A DNA stretch of 26,959 nt, taken from positions 1-26,959 of the forward strand of contig JBDHUU010000001.1 of assembly GCA_039809285.1 (NCBI GenBank). Direction: 5' to 3'. Below are positions 1-8,821 of the stretch, piece by piece. Source of the stretch: Candidatus Levyibacteriota bacterium (GTDB lineage: Bacteria; Patescibacteriota; Microgenomatia; Levybacterales; UBA12049). The stretch's first letter is position 1. The number at the start of each line of letters is the position of its first letter. The notes beneath the pieces are model-generated. The model did no database searches. It was not told the origin of the DNA and saw only the letters and a program-made list of their open reading frames with translations. The translations under genes and the position numbers were made by a program.

Positions 1-1452
1 TTCGCTTTTCAAGACAATGGTAAGAAAGGGAAGCTCATCAAATCGCCTCAATTTATAGATCTTGATAAAGCGCTTAAGGGACAATTAACCAAAGTTTGTG
101 AAGTAGAAAAATTCACCGGAACTAGAGGAGAGACAGTAAGTATGTATACTTCGGATAAGATTGTTGCCAGCAAAGTCGTGGTTATGGGCCTTGGTAACAA
201 AGATGAATTCGTACTCAATGATCTTCGGAAGGCAGTTGGTAAATATGTCTCATCGGTTAAAAAAAGACTTGATTCAGTTGTAATTGTGCTCCCTGAAGAC
301 CTTGATGATGTAGTTCTGGAAGATACCGTATCAGTGATAATTGAAGGATCAGAATTAGGCGCTTATGAATTTGCTAAGTATAAAGAAAAAGATGAGCGAT
401 CACTTGAGCTCATTATTTTAGCTACATCAACACAAATTGACTCAAAGAGTCTTAAAAAGGCTATAGATCATGCAGCACTATATGCGCAGGGGACAATTCT
501 CGCACGTGACTTAGTCAATGAACAAGCCGCAATTGCTACCCCTACTTTTCTTGCAAATTTAGCTCGCGATATTGCTAAAGGAAGCCCCGAGATTTCCTGT
601 AAAATTTTTGATAAGGCTCAAGCAGAAAAAATGGGGATGGAAGCCTTCTTAGGTATTGCTAGAGCATCGGATACACCTCCAAAATTTATTGTTCTTGAAT
701 ATAATCCAGTAAAAAGTAAAAGCAAAAAGAAGCTGGCTATTGTTGGTAAAGGAATTACTTTTGATAGTGGAGGAATAAATGTTAAACCTGGTGATCATAT
801 GCAGGATATGAAAATGGATATGTCTGGCGCTGCACTTGTTTTGGGAGTTTTCTCAGTTATTTCTAAAATAAAACCAACATTTCCTGTAATGGGTATTATT
901 GCTGCTACACCAAATCTCATTTCAAGTAGCTCAATTGTTCCTGGAGATGTTGTCAGAGCTATGAATGGCAAAACAATTGAGGTTCTCAATACTGATGCTG
1001 AAGGTCGAGTAACAATGGCAGATAGTTTGTCGTATGCAGTTTCCAAAGGAGCAACAGAAATTATTGATTTTGCAACCCTTACAGGAGCTTGTCTGGTAGC
1101 TCTTGGGGATGAGATTGCAGGCATGTTCTCAAATAATCGTGATTTACTTGAAGCGGTAAAGACAGCAGCATTTGAAGAAGGGGAGAAGGTCTGGGAGCTG
1201 CCTTTGGAGAAAGATTATAAAGAAATGAACAAAAGTGACGTTGCTGATATTGCTAATATTCCAAATTCACGTTATGGCGGAACTATCACTGCAGCACTTT
1301 TCTTACAGGAATTTATTGCCAATACTCCATGGATGCATTTTGATATAGCCGGACCAGCTTTTGCTAACAAACCTCAAGCGCTAAGCCCTAAAGGGGGAAC
1401 AGGTTTTGGAGTGAGAACTATGCTAAAGTATATAGAGGGAGTGAACAAATAA
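1..1452 (+). CDS. pepA: Leucyl aminopeptidase, M17 family (5'-truncated by window edge)
   Basis: M17 motifs KGITFDSGG, MKMDMSGAA and NTDAEGR. The frame is open from base 1 (FAFQDNGKKG...), so the ATG at 142 is probably internal. Confidence 0.96.
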   Translation, partial: FAFQDNGKKGKLIKSPQFIDLDKALKGQLTKVCEVEKFTGTRGETVSMYTSDKIVASKVVVMGLGNKDEFVLNDLRKAVGKYVSSVKKRLDSVVIVLPEDLDDVVLEDTVSVIIEGSELGAYEFAKYKEKDERSLELIILATSTQIDSKSLKKAIDHAALYAQGTILARDLVNEQAAIATPTFLANLARDIAKGSPEISCKIFDKAQAEKMGMEAFLGIARASDTPPKFIVLEYNPVKSKSKKKLAIVGKGITFDSGGINVKPGDHMQDMKMDMSGAALVLGVFSVISKIKPTFPVMGIIAATPNLISSSSIVPGDVVRAMNGKTIEVLNTDAEGRVTMADSLSYAVSKGATEIIDFATLTGACLVALGDEIAGMFSNNRDLLEAVKTAAFEEGEKVWELPLEKDYKEMNKSDVADIANIPNSRYGGTITAALFLQEFIANTPWMHFDIAGPAFANKPQALSPKGGTGFGVRTMLKYIEGVNK

Positions 1453-1453
1453 T

Positions 1454-2008
1454 ATGATTTCTGTTACCGATCTGAGAGCAGGTACTACGTATGAAGAAGA
1501 CGGCAACTTACTCATGGTTGTTTCCTACGAGCATATCAAAATGGGGCGGGGAAGTGCCAATATTAAGGTAAAAGTTAAAAATTTAAAAAGCGGAACTACA
1601 CTTGAGAAAAGTTATATCAATGGCGCAAAGGTAAATAACGTTCAAGTTCTTAAAAAAGACCTCCAATACTTATATAAAGATGATCAATATGCGTACTTTA
1701 TGAATCCTGATACTTATGATCAAATTCAGATTGAATTAGGTAAAATTCCGGATCATCCATATCTTAAAGAAGGAGATACCTTTAATATTTCTTTTTTGGG
1801 TGATGAGGCTCTTACCGTTACTCTCCCTTCCAAAATGGTTTTTAAGGTTATTGATACAGCCCCTGGGATTAAAGGTAACTCTGCCACAAATGTGTTTAAA
1901 GATGCTACACTAGAAAATGGGATTAAGACCAAAGTTCCCCTTTTTATCAATATCGGAGAGTCTATCCGAATTGATACTCGAACTGGAAGCTATTCTGAGA
2001 AAGCATAA
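1454..2008 (+). CDS. efp: Translation elongation factor P (Arg32-tip type)
   Basis: 184 aa; loop HIKMGRGSA; C-terminal PGIKGNSA..KDATLENG..VPLFINIGESIRIDTRTGSY signature. Confidence 0.97.
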   Translation: MISVTDLRAGTTYEEDGNLLMVVSYEHIKMGRGSANIKVKVKNLKSGTTLEKSYINGAKVNNVQVLKKDLQYLYKDDQYAYFMNPDTYDQIQIELGKIPDHPYLKEGDTFNISFLGDEALTVTLPSKMVFKVIDTAPGIKGNSATNVFKDATLENGIKTKVPLFINIGESIRIDTRTGSYSEKA

Positions 2009-3279
2009 TGAAAAATCGCTTATTTCAGGCCTTTAGTGAAAGATCATTTTCATTTCTGTGGTTATCAGAGATTTTCACTATTCTCGCCTTTAATCTTTTC
2101 AATTTTCTTCTGCTTTTGCATGTTTATTCGCTGACTCGTTCAAATACAGCTGTCGCGTTTGTTGTTGTTTCTTTTACACTTCCCGCTATCCTTTTCGGGA
2201 TTTTGGCAGGAGTGTATGTAGATAGGTGGAGTAAAAAAAGAGTATTGCTGATTTCAAATATTATTCGAGGTACTTTGCTTATCCTTTTAGCAGTTTTTCA
2301 CCAAAGCCTCATTGCAGTCTATGCCATATCGTTTCTTGTAGCGCTTGTTACGCAGTTCTTTGTTCCTGCAGAGACTCCGATTATTCCACTTATTGTGAGG
2401 AAAGACCTCCTTTATTCAGCTAATGCACTTTTTGGACTCGGATTATATGGGGGAGCTTTCCTTGCATATTTATTATCAGGACCTTTAATTTTATTTTTTG
2501 GGGAAGTAAATACGCTGATTATTTTAGGAGTTATGTTTTTTGTCAGTTCTATTTTTATAACTGGAATTCGTATTGAGAGTAAAAGTGAGAAAAATAAAAA
2601 AGGAATACTAAGCGCTTCGAAATCAGCACTCTTAGATGAAGTGAGAACTGCGATTGATGTTATGCGAAACTCCAGAGAAATATATAATTCAATTTTTCTT
2701 TTAGCTGTTTCTCAGACACTTCTCTTAGTCTTAGCAGCAATTGCTCCAGGGTATGCTAGCCAGATTCTTAACATTAGTATCCAAAAGTTCCCATTATTCT
2801 TTATTGTCCCAGCAGCACTTGGAGTGTTAGTTGGAGCAATTATTTTAGTTACATGGCTCCATGAGCGTTCTAAAGAAAAATTAACAACTCTGGGGCTTTT
2901 CTTATCAGGGGGAGCTATGCTCTTATTACCGTACGGTTCACGAATCACGGCTCGAGAAATAGTTCATGACCTTAACAATTTGTTGCCGCATTTCTTAGAC
3001 TTAACGACACTCCACTTTGTCATTGTTTTGGCATTTATACTAGGGCTTGCTAATGCATTTGTATTTGTACCCTCAAATACCATTCTCCAAGAAAAAACTA
3101 AAGATGAATTTAGGGGAAAAATTTATGGAGTACTCAATGCTCTCGTTGGAATATTTTCACTCATCCCAATTCTTGCAGTTGGTGGTCTATCGGATTTTTT
3201 TGGAGTTGGTGTAGTAATTATTGGTATTGGTGTATCGTTGTTTGTAATAGGAGTATCAAGAATTCTTTTTGAAATCTAA
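2008..3279 (+). CDS. MFS transporter (DHA3/MFS_3-like)
   Basis: 423 aa with about 12 hydrophobic segments; motif A GVYVDRWSKKRV; second-half motif LQEKTKDEFRGKIYG. Confidence 0.9.
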   Translation: MKNRLFQAFSERSFSFLWLSEIFTILAFNLFNFLLLLHVYSLTRSNTAVAFVVVSFTLPAILFGILAGVYVDRWSKKRVLLISNIIRGTLLILLAVFHQSLIAVYAISFLVALVTQFFVPAETPIIPLIVRKDLLYSANALFGLGLYGGAFLAYLLSGPLILFFGEVNTLIILGVMFFVSSIFITGIRIESKSEKNKKGILSASKSALLDEVRTAIDVMRNSREIYNSIFLLAVSQTLLLVLAAIAPGYASQILNISIQKFPLFFIVPAALGVLVGAIILVTWLHERSKEKLTTLGLFLSGGAMLLLPYGSRITAREIVHDLNNLLPHFLDLTTLHFVIVLAFILGLANAFVFVPSNTILQEKTKDEFRGKIYGVLNALVGIFSLIPILAVGGLSDFFGVGVVIIGIGVSLFVIGVSRILFEI

Positions 3280-3977
3280 TGCATTTACTCATTATCATTT
3301 TAGCGGTTAGTCTAATTGTTTTTCTTTTTTGCCTCCATGTGCTCGCAAAAGAGGATCTTATATTTGTTCGAAAAAATATTACCATGGAGATTCTTTTTAA
3401 TGTAGCTTTTTTTACTATTGGAGTAGGGTTGCTATCCGCACGTGTAATCTATGTGATAGAACATTTTAGCCTCGGATTTCTTAATCCTTTGGTATTCTTC
3501 TTGTTTCCCTATTTTCCGGGATTATCATTAGCAGGTGGGGTGGGAGGAGCAATGTTATTTACTCTTATTTATAAAGCGAAGAAATATCCAATCGGAAGGA
3601 TTTTTGATTTTTTCTCAATGGCGTTTTTAGCGGCTCTTCCAGTAGGTTTTTTTGGACAAGGGTTGTTGATGGGTATGCGTGATAGATTCTCAGGAATATT
3701 TATGCCTATTATTTTTCTTATTACACTGATCTTTTTTGTTAAAATTTTGCTTCCTCTCAATACAAGAGGTGAGATTGAAGATGGAAGTCTTGGTTTTCTA
3801 TCAGTAATAGTATTTTCACTGACAACACTTATCTCACTTATCGTTAGGGCTAACAATATCATGGGTTTTATCATGCAGCTTGATGTTATTCTTCTCATTG
3901 TTCTTCTTATATCTTCATTCCTTATGCTACTTATGAACGAGAAGTATATCTCGTTTATAAGAGTTAAAAAGGAGTGA
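3279..3977 (+). CDS. lgt: Divergent prolipoprotein diacylglyceryl transferase (Lgt)-like membrane protein
   Basis: Lgt-like layout (GLLSARVIYVIEH, PGLSLAGG, GRIFDFFS), but the canonical HGG and RxGNF residues are not evident. Confidence 0.65.
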   Translation: MHLLIIILAVSLIVFLFCLHVLAKEDLIFVRKNITMEILFNVAFFTIGVGLLSARVIYVIEHFSLGFLNPLVFFLFPYFPGLSLAGGVGGAMLFTLIYKAKKYPIGRIFDFFSMAFLAALPVGFFGQGLLMGMRDRFSGIFMPIIFLITLIFFVKILLPLNTRGEIEDGSLGFLSVIVFSLTTLISLIVRANNIMGFIMQLDVILLIVLLISSFLMLLMNEKYISFIRVKKE

Positions 3978-3981
3978 GCTA

Positions 3982-4758
3982 ATGACCTATAGCAATAACA
4001 AGCTGATAATTATATGTGAGGATACTGATCTCTTGGTTATTAACAAACCAGCTGGAATTACTGTTAACAGATCTCAGACCACAACAGGGGAGAAGACAGT
4101 TCAGGATCTAGTAGAGGAGTATTTACATATCGAGGGAGTAAGTACAAAAAATGAAGATAGTGAAGGGGAGGAAGAAGAGGTGTCAGATTTTAGGGGAAGA
4201 TCGGGGATAGTCCACAGGATAGATAAAGAAACATCTGGTATTTTGCTTATAGCAAAGAATGAGAAGTCTTTTATTAATCTTCAGTCACAATTCAAGCAAA
4301 GGGAAGTACATAAAACCTACCAAGCGTTAGCTCATGGCAGAGTAGTGCCTGAAAGAGGGGAGATCAATGTGCCAGTTGGAAGGCTTCCGTGGAATAGAAG
4401 ACAGTTTGGTATTGTTGCAGGAGGGAGGGAGTCTGTGACTTTTTATGAGGTCATGGGGTATTATCGTACAGATGATAAAAGGCGAGAGGTAGTAACTATG
4501 GTAAAACTTAAGCCTATTACTGGTCGTACTCATCAAATACGTGTTCATTTACAATACCTAGGATATCCAATTTTTTCTGATTTTCTCTATGCTGGACGAA
4601 AGACCCAAAGAGAAGATCGTAAACTCTTAGGACGGGTTTTTCTTCATGCACAAGAAATTTCTTTTATACACCCGACTACCAATGTTAGGATAGATATCAA
4701 AGCTCCTTTACCTCGCGAGTTGGAAAAAGTGATGGATCATTTAGTCCCCATTGTGTAA
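3982..4758 (+). CDS. rluA: RluA/RluD-family pseudouridine synthase
   Basis: Motifs INKPAG, VHRIDKETSG (catalytic Asp), GRTHQIRVH and FLHA. SD-like AAGGAG at 3969-3974. Confidence 0.95.
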   Translation: MTYSNNKLIIICEDTDLLVINKPAGITVNRSQTTTGEKTVQDLVEEYLHIEGVSTKNEDSEGEEEEVSDFRGRSGIVHRIDKETSGILLIAKNEKSFINLQSQFKQREVHKTYQALAHGRVVPERGEINVPVGRLPWNRRQFGIVAGGRESVTFYEVMGYYRTDDKRREVVTMVKLKPITGRTHQIRVHLQYLGYPIFSDFLYAGRKTQREDRKLLGRVFLHAQEISFIHPTTNVRIDIKAPLPRELEKVMDHLVPIV

Positions 4759-4775
4759 AATCAGACACTCTTGTG

Positions 4776-4800
4776 TATAATTCAATAATAGGAGGTGATC
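4776..4800 (+). promoter_or_regulatory. -10 box (TATAAT 4776-4781) and extended Shine-Dalgarno AGGAGGTGATC (4790-4800)
   Basis: Read directly. The 11-nt string is the complement of the canonical 16S 3' end (GAUCACCUCCU). No clear -35. Confidence 0.8.
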
Positions 4801-4803
4801 TTT

Positions 4804-4950
4804 ATGGCAAAAAATGATGGATTTTTCAAAGGCGAAAAGAAAAAACCGAAAAAGGGAAAAGACAAAACGATCTCTGGATTTAACCAAAGCACTGCACCAA
4901 CTTTTGTAATGCCTGAGGTTATCTCAAAGAAAAAGAAAAACTCGTTTTAA
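4804..4950 (+). CDS. Small Lys-rich protein, 48 aa (not in ORF track)
   Basis: MAKNDGFFKGEKKKPKKGKDKTISGFNQSTAPTFVMPEVISKKKKNSF; perfect SD and own -10; fills the rluA-LytR gap. Confidence 0.85.
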   Translation: MAKNDGFFKGEKKKPKKGKDKTISGFNQSTAPTFVMPEVISKKKKNSF

Positions 4951-4964
4951 ATTTTTTTCTGCCC

Positions 4965-5777
4965 ATGAGAAAAAAAACGAATCAAAAAAAATCATCGGAG
5001 AGTAGTCTAAGAATTTTGTTCCTTTTTTGTGTTATTGTCGTGATGGCAATCAGCCTTTCATTAGGGTATAGGCTTTTTACTCTGATGAGAGATAGTAAGT
5101 ATGATACCAATCATAACTTTATAGTTGCCTTCACATACCACAATGACATTGACTATGTCCAAATTAATTCCTCACAAAAAGAATTTAGCCATCTTGAAGT
5201 ACGAGGAGGAAGTAGTCTTCAAGAAGCTAAAAAAGAGGTAGGAATTCTTAGTGATACCGACATATCTCTTGCCAAACCATTCTCACTTGATTCATTGTCT
5301 AGTTACTTTACTGATGCTGCATGGCGTAAAAATAGCACTTCATCTAGTCTGAATATCTTTGATTTGTATAGGCTAAGCCTCACTACTAAACACATTTCTC
5401 CTCAAAGCATTACATCTCAAAGAATTCACATTCCATTTGATTCATCGCTTTCGAGTACTATGCTAGAGCAGCTTTTTCTTGATCCAACAATTGACCAGGA
5501 GAATAAAACAGTAGCAATTGTTAATGGTGCGGGAGTTGCAGGACTTGGAACAAGACTTGAGAGGGCGTTAGCGACTATGGGGGTCAATGTGATATCGGTG
5601 AAAAATGCAGATAAGGTAGAAAGCATGTCATCAATAAGCTATAGCGGTGAGAAAAGCTATACTCTTGATCGTTTGCATAGCCTCTTGTCATTTCCCCTGA
5701 CAGAAACACCATCTGCAGCACTCTCTGATATAATCATTTTGATCGGAAAGGATATAAGTCAGACGACTAAGTTCTAA
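4965..5777 (+). CDS. Membrane-anchored LytR C-terminal domain protein
   Basis: N-terminal TM helix; C-terminal VAIVNGAGVAGLG...NAD...DIIILIGKD typical of LytR_C. Confidence 0.8.
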   Translation: MRKKTNQKKSSESSLRILFLFCVIVVMAISLSLGYRLFTLMRDSKYDTNHNFIVAFTYHNDIDYVQINSSQKEFSHLEVRGGSSLQEAKKEVGILSDTDISLAKPFSLDSLSSYFTDAAWRKNSTSSSLNIFDLYRLSLTTKHISPQSITSQRIHIPFDSSLSSTMLEQLFLDPTIDQENKTVAIVNGAGVAGLGTRLERALATMGVNVISVKNADKVESMSSISYSGEKSYTLDRLHSLLSFPLTETPSAALSDIIILIGKDISQTTKF

Positions 5778-5778
5778 T

Positions 5779-5937
5779 ATGCAGTTTTATCTTATTTTGC
5801 TAATTTTACTTCTTACTTCTCTCATTCTTGCGTATAGGTCACTTCGGCATGCAATGCATTTAAAAGAGATTGGTACGGTAAAACAAGAATTACACAAGGG
5901 GAAAATACTCTTTAAGAGTGACCATCATTCTTCCTGA
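5779..5937 (+). CDS. Small single-pass membrane protein, 52 aa (not in ORF track)
   Basis: MQFYLILLILLLTSLILAYRSLRHAMHLKEIGTVKQELHKGKILFKSDHHSS; starts 1 nt after the LytR_C stop; overlaps the convergent TPR gene end by 13 nt. Confidence 0.7.
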   Translation: MQFYLILLILLLTSLILAYRSLRHAMHLKEIGTVKQELHKGKILFKSDHHSS

Positions 5938-6635
5938 TTGTCTGGATCATCGCTGTCATTATCCTCATCGTAGGATCTATCTTTTCCTGTTTTCACATTA
6001 TTGCTAACGACAAGCTTTATTCTATCTGATGAAAGAAATGATGGCTGATTCTTAAACTTTGTAGTTCGTTTAGTTTCTCTGGCAAAGATAGTTACTTTAT
6101 TCCCATCAACTGATTTGACATATGCTTCATACAGATTACCTCCATCAATAAATCTGATAAGTCGTCTGCCAATATCATCTGGAAGCATCCCTATATATTG
6201 TTTGTTTTGATCTAGGACAAAGATCTTCATGCGTTTGATAACTAAATTAAGTGTTTCACCCGAGCGAAGAGGAGTAATAACTTTTTTATCTGCGACATTA
6301 AGAAGCTCAATAACCTTTGTTCTACCGGGCTCTTCAATGAAAAGATTACTGACATGAGCAGGGGTAACGATATTTGCATTTTTATTACCTCCGCCTTCAT
6401 TTAGTCGCTTCAAATTTCTTAATGCAATTGGATTCTGGGTATCAAGAGATAATACACGCTGATAGATATTTTTTGCCTCTTTTAAATTGCCGCTACTTGA
6501 GTAGGCAAATGCGAGTCTATTCAGTGTATCAATGTCCGTGGGATTTTCTTCAAGAAGTTCAAGATTGAGAGTTATTGAGGCTGCCCAGTCACCCGAGAGT
6601 GCAGTTTGAATAGCTTGCGCTTTTAGTTGAGTCAT
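5925..6635 (-). CDS. TPR-repeat protein with possible HIRAN-like C-terminal domain
   Basis: TPR pattern (DTLNRLAFAYSSSGNLKEAKNIYQRVLSLDTQNPIA); beta-rich C-domain with YIGMLP; acidic tail. Confidence 0.8.
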   Translation of the reverse strand: MTQLKAQAIQTALSGDWAASITLNLELLEENPTDIDTLNRLAFAYSSSGNLKEAKNIYQRVLSLDTQNPIALRNLKRLNEGGGNKNANIVTPAHVSNLFIEEPGRTKVIELLNVADKKVITPLRSGETLNLVIKRMKIFVLDQNKQYIGMLPDDIGRRLIRFIDGGNLYEAYVKSVDGNKVTIFARETKRTTKFKNQPSFLSSDRIKLVVSNNVKTGKDRSYDEDNDSDDPDNQEE

Positions 6636-6676
6636 GGGGAAATTTTCTTTAGATTAAAGAGAAATTATAAGATGAA

Positions 6677-6705
6677 ATTTTACTGAGTTTATTTGCAAAA
6701 GTCAA
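6677..6705 (-). promoter_or_regulatory. Sigma70 promoter for the TPR gene
   Basis: TTGACT (6705-6700), 17 nt, TAAAAT (6682-6677). Confidence 0.8.
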
Positions 6706-6722
6706 TAGTGACAGAGTATAAT
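6693..6722 (+). promoter_or_regulatory. Sigma70 promoter for yebC, back-to-back with the TPR promoter
   Basis: TTGCAA (6693-6698), 18 nt, TATAAT (6717-6722). Confidence 0.7.
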
Positions 6723-6741
6723 TGTACTTCAGTTAGGCGAT

Positions 6742-7470
6742 ATGAGCGGACACTCCAAATGGTCTACAATTAAGCGTCAAAAAGGCGCCAACGATGCAAA
6801 AAGGGGCTTGGCTTTTACCAAACTTTCTAATGCTATTACTATGGCTGTTCGTGAAGGGGGAGGCATTACCGACCCGAATGGTAATTTCAGATTACGGTTA
6901 GCAATCGATGCAGCTAGGGCTGAGAATATGCCCAAAGATACGATTGAAAGAGCAATCACAAGAGGAGAGGGGAAAAATGCTTCTGAAATGTTTGATGTCG
7001 TGTATGAGGGTTTTGGACCTGGAGGATTTAGCGTCATTGTTGAAGCGATTACCGATAACAAGCAACGTACAACTCCAGAAATAAAAAGTATTTTCGATAA
7101 AGCAGGAGGAACACTCGGTGTACCAGGTAGTGTAAATTATCAATTTGCCCAAAAAGGTCAGATAGTTGTCGGCAAAAAGGGAAAAACGCTTGATGAAATA
7201 TTTTTGATTGCTGCAGATTTTGGCGCAGATGATATTGAAGAGGAAGAAGATGATGTACTCGTCTATACATCTCCCGAAGAGTTAAGTAAGGTGAGATCAA
7301 GCCTTGAAGAAAATGATCTCTCTATAAAGTCAGCAGAAATACTCTATAAGCCTATAGTAATTAAGGATGTTACGGATCCACATGCTGCTGAAAAAGCTGT
7401 TACTTTTATGGAAAAGTTAGAAGATCATGGTGACGTCCAAAAAGTCTACGCAAATTTTGCCATCTCATAA
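6742..7470 (+). CDS. yebC: YebC/PmpR family protein
   Basis: Diagnostic N-terminus MSGHSKWSTIKRQKG, plus YEGFGPGG, TDNKQRT and DVQKVYAN. Confidence 0.97.
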   Translation: MSGHSKWSTIKRQKGANDAKRGLAFTKLSNAITMAVREGGGITDPNGNFRLRLAIDAARAENMPKDTIERAITRGEGKNASEMFDVVYEGFGPGGFSVIVEAITDNKQRTTPEIKSIFDKAGGTLGVPGSVNYQFAQKGQIVVGKKGKTLDEIFLIAADFGADDIEEEEDDVLVYTSPEELSKVRSSLEENDLSIKSAEILYKPIVIKDVTDPHAAEKAVTFMEKLEDHGDVQKVYANFAIS

Positions 7471-7490
7471 TACAAAACAGAGAATACCAC

Positions 7491-8357
7491 ATGAAGTTTT
7501 TTACAAGAAAGAAGACGGAAGAATCGGGAATTACCAAAAGCTCTACGCTAAACTCTGCTAAAAAAGGGAAGAGGACATTCTTAGTATCAATAGATAAGAG
7601 GCAGACGTTTGTTTTAGGAACTATTGTTTTGTCACTTGGATTATTTCTTGCGGAATTTCAATTTGAGAGAGCGGGAATAGTTGTTGCTATTATTTTGGGG
7701 ATTTTGACAGATCTCATTTTATATTGGGCAATTAGAGAGGATCTAGAAGACAATTTTTCTATTGGGTTATTCATTTTACCGTTTTTTTATAGTCTAGCAT
7801 TTACGCTTTTTTATTTTCTTCTACCAACAAGAATATTAATACGGCTTGTTTTAACCTCTCTTTATGCATTTGGACTTTATTCATTATTCTTAAGTGAAAA
7901 TATTTTTACGGTGGGTGCAATTAGAACTATTGCGTTATTATCTGGAGCAAGGATAGTTTCATTTGTATTAACACTTTTATCGTATTTCTTCTTAACTAAT
8001 ACGCTTTTTTCTCTTCATCTCTGGATCTTTCTTACAATTCCGCTTCTAGCACTTTATACCTATCCATTAGTGTATCAAGCTTTGTGGACCTATGACTTGC
8101 AGAAAAATATTGTATCTCTTAAAGAATGGGCAGCGATAGTAAGTCTTTGTATTATAGAGGCGGGGATAGGGGTATGGTTTTGGCCAAGTAGCGCAACAGT
8201 TATAGCCCTTTTCTTAGCTGGATTTTTGTATACGCTGGTAGGGCTATCACATGTGTGGTTTGAGAAAAAATTATTTAAAAGTGTCATGTGGGAATATGTG
8301 TGGGTTGGTGTAGTTGTCGTATTTGTTCTGATGTTATTTACCTCATGGGGAAAGTAG
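7491..8357 (+). CDS. Polytopic membrane protein of unknown function
   Basis: 288 aa with a basic N-terminus and about 9 hydrophobic segments; no catalytic motif recognised. Confidence 0.85.
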   Translation: MKFFTRKKTEESGITKSSTLNSAKKGKRTFLVSIDKRQTFVLGTIVLSLGLFLAEFQFERAGIVVAIILGILTDLILYWAIREDLEDNFSIGLFILPFFYSLAFTLFYFLLPTRILIRLVLTSLYAFGLYSLFLSENIFTVGAIRTIALLSGARIVSFVLTLLSYFFLTNTLFSLHLWIFLTIPLLALYTYPLVYQALWTYDLQKNIVSLKEWAAIVSLCIIEAGIGVWFWPSSATVIALFLAGFLYTLVGLSHVWFEKKLFKSVMWEYVWVGVVVVFVLMLFTSWGK

Positions 8358-8447
8358 GAGAGAGAAGAGACCTATAATAATTATTTGATATAGTTTGATA
8401 CACTATAGGGCTCATTTAAAAAAAATTAGCTACGATTTGAAGCTAAA

Positions 8448-8476
8448 TTGAGGCTAAGTGATGCTACACATATAAT
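8448..8476 (+). promoter_or_regulatory. Orphan sigma70-like promoter with no downstream ORF
   Basis: TTGAGG (8448-8453), 17 nt, TATAAT (8471-8476). Confidence 0.5.
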
Positions 8477-8713
8477 TGCATACTCTCACTGTTAAGAGTA
8501 CTACGCAAAAAATACGAAAATGTTAATAATTTGAGGCTAAAAGCTTAAATTTAGCTTGATTTATCAAGCTAAATAGAAATCTGATAAATATATTGCCCTC
8601 TCTGGAGGGAGGAGGGTTCAGGGAGATGAATTTTCACGAAACTTTTCACAGCCTTCCTGAGTGAGAGAGAAGAGCTGACAATAGAGATAAAACATTTTTT
8701 TAAGATCTTTGGG

Positions 8714-8734
8714 GTAGGCACGTTTTGTGCCTAC
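8714..8734. repeat. REP-like GTAG hairpin
   Basis: GTAGGCAC-gtttt-GTGCCTAC, a perfect 8-bp stem; single copy in the window. Confidence 0.55.
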
Positions 8735-8821
8735 AGTTCTTGTTCCTATTCTTGCTTCTATCTCACACCGACGCTTACTACCATGAGACCAAAATCTACT
8801 CTAACGGTTCGTTAATTAGTT

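Noticed and set aside
4968-4991. A8 tracts near the start of the LytR_C gene (and A7-A8 tracts at the pyrB start) as phase-variation switches
   Set aside because: Tracts of this length are expected in AT-rich, Lys-rich N-termini, and the frames are intact.
8626-8664. 12-aa ORF MNFHETFHSLPE preceded by GGAGG strings
   Set aside because: Too short to support. The G-rich upstream sequence is part of a hairpin-like repeat, and there is no downstream gene for it to act on as a leader peptide.
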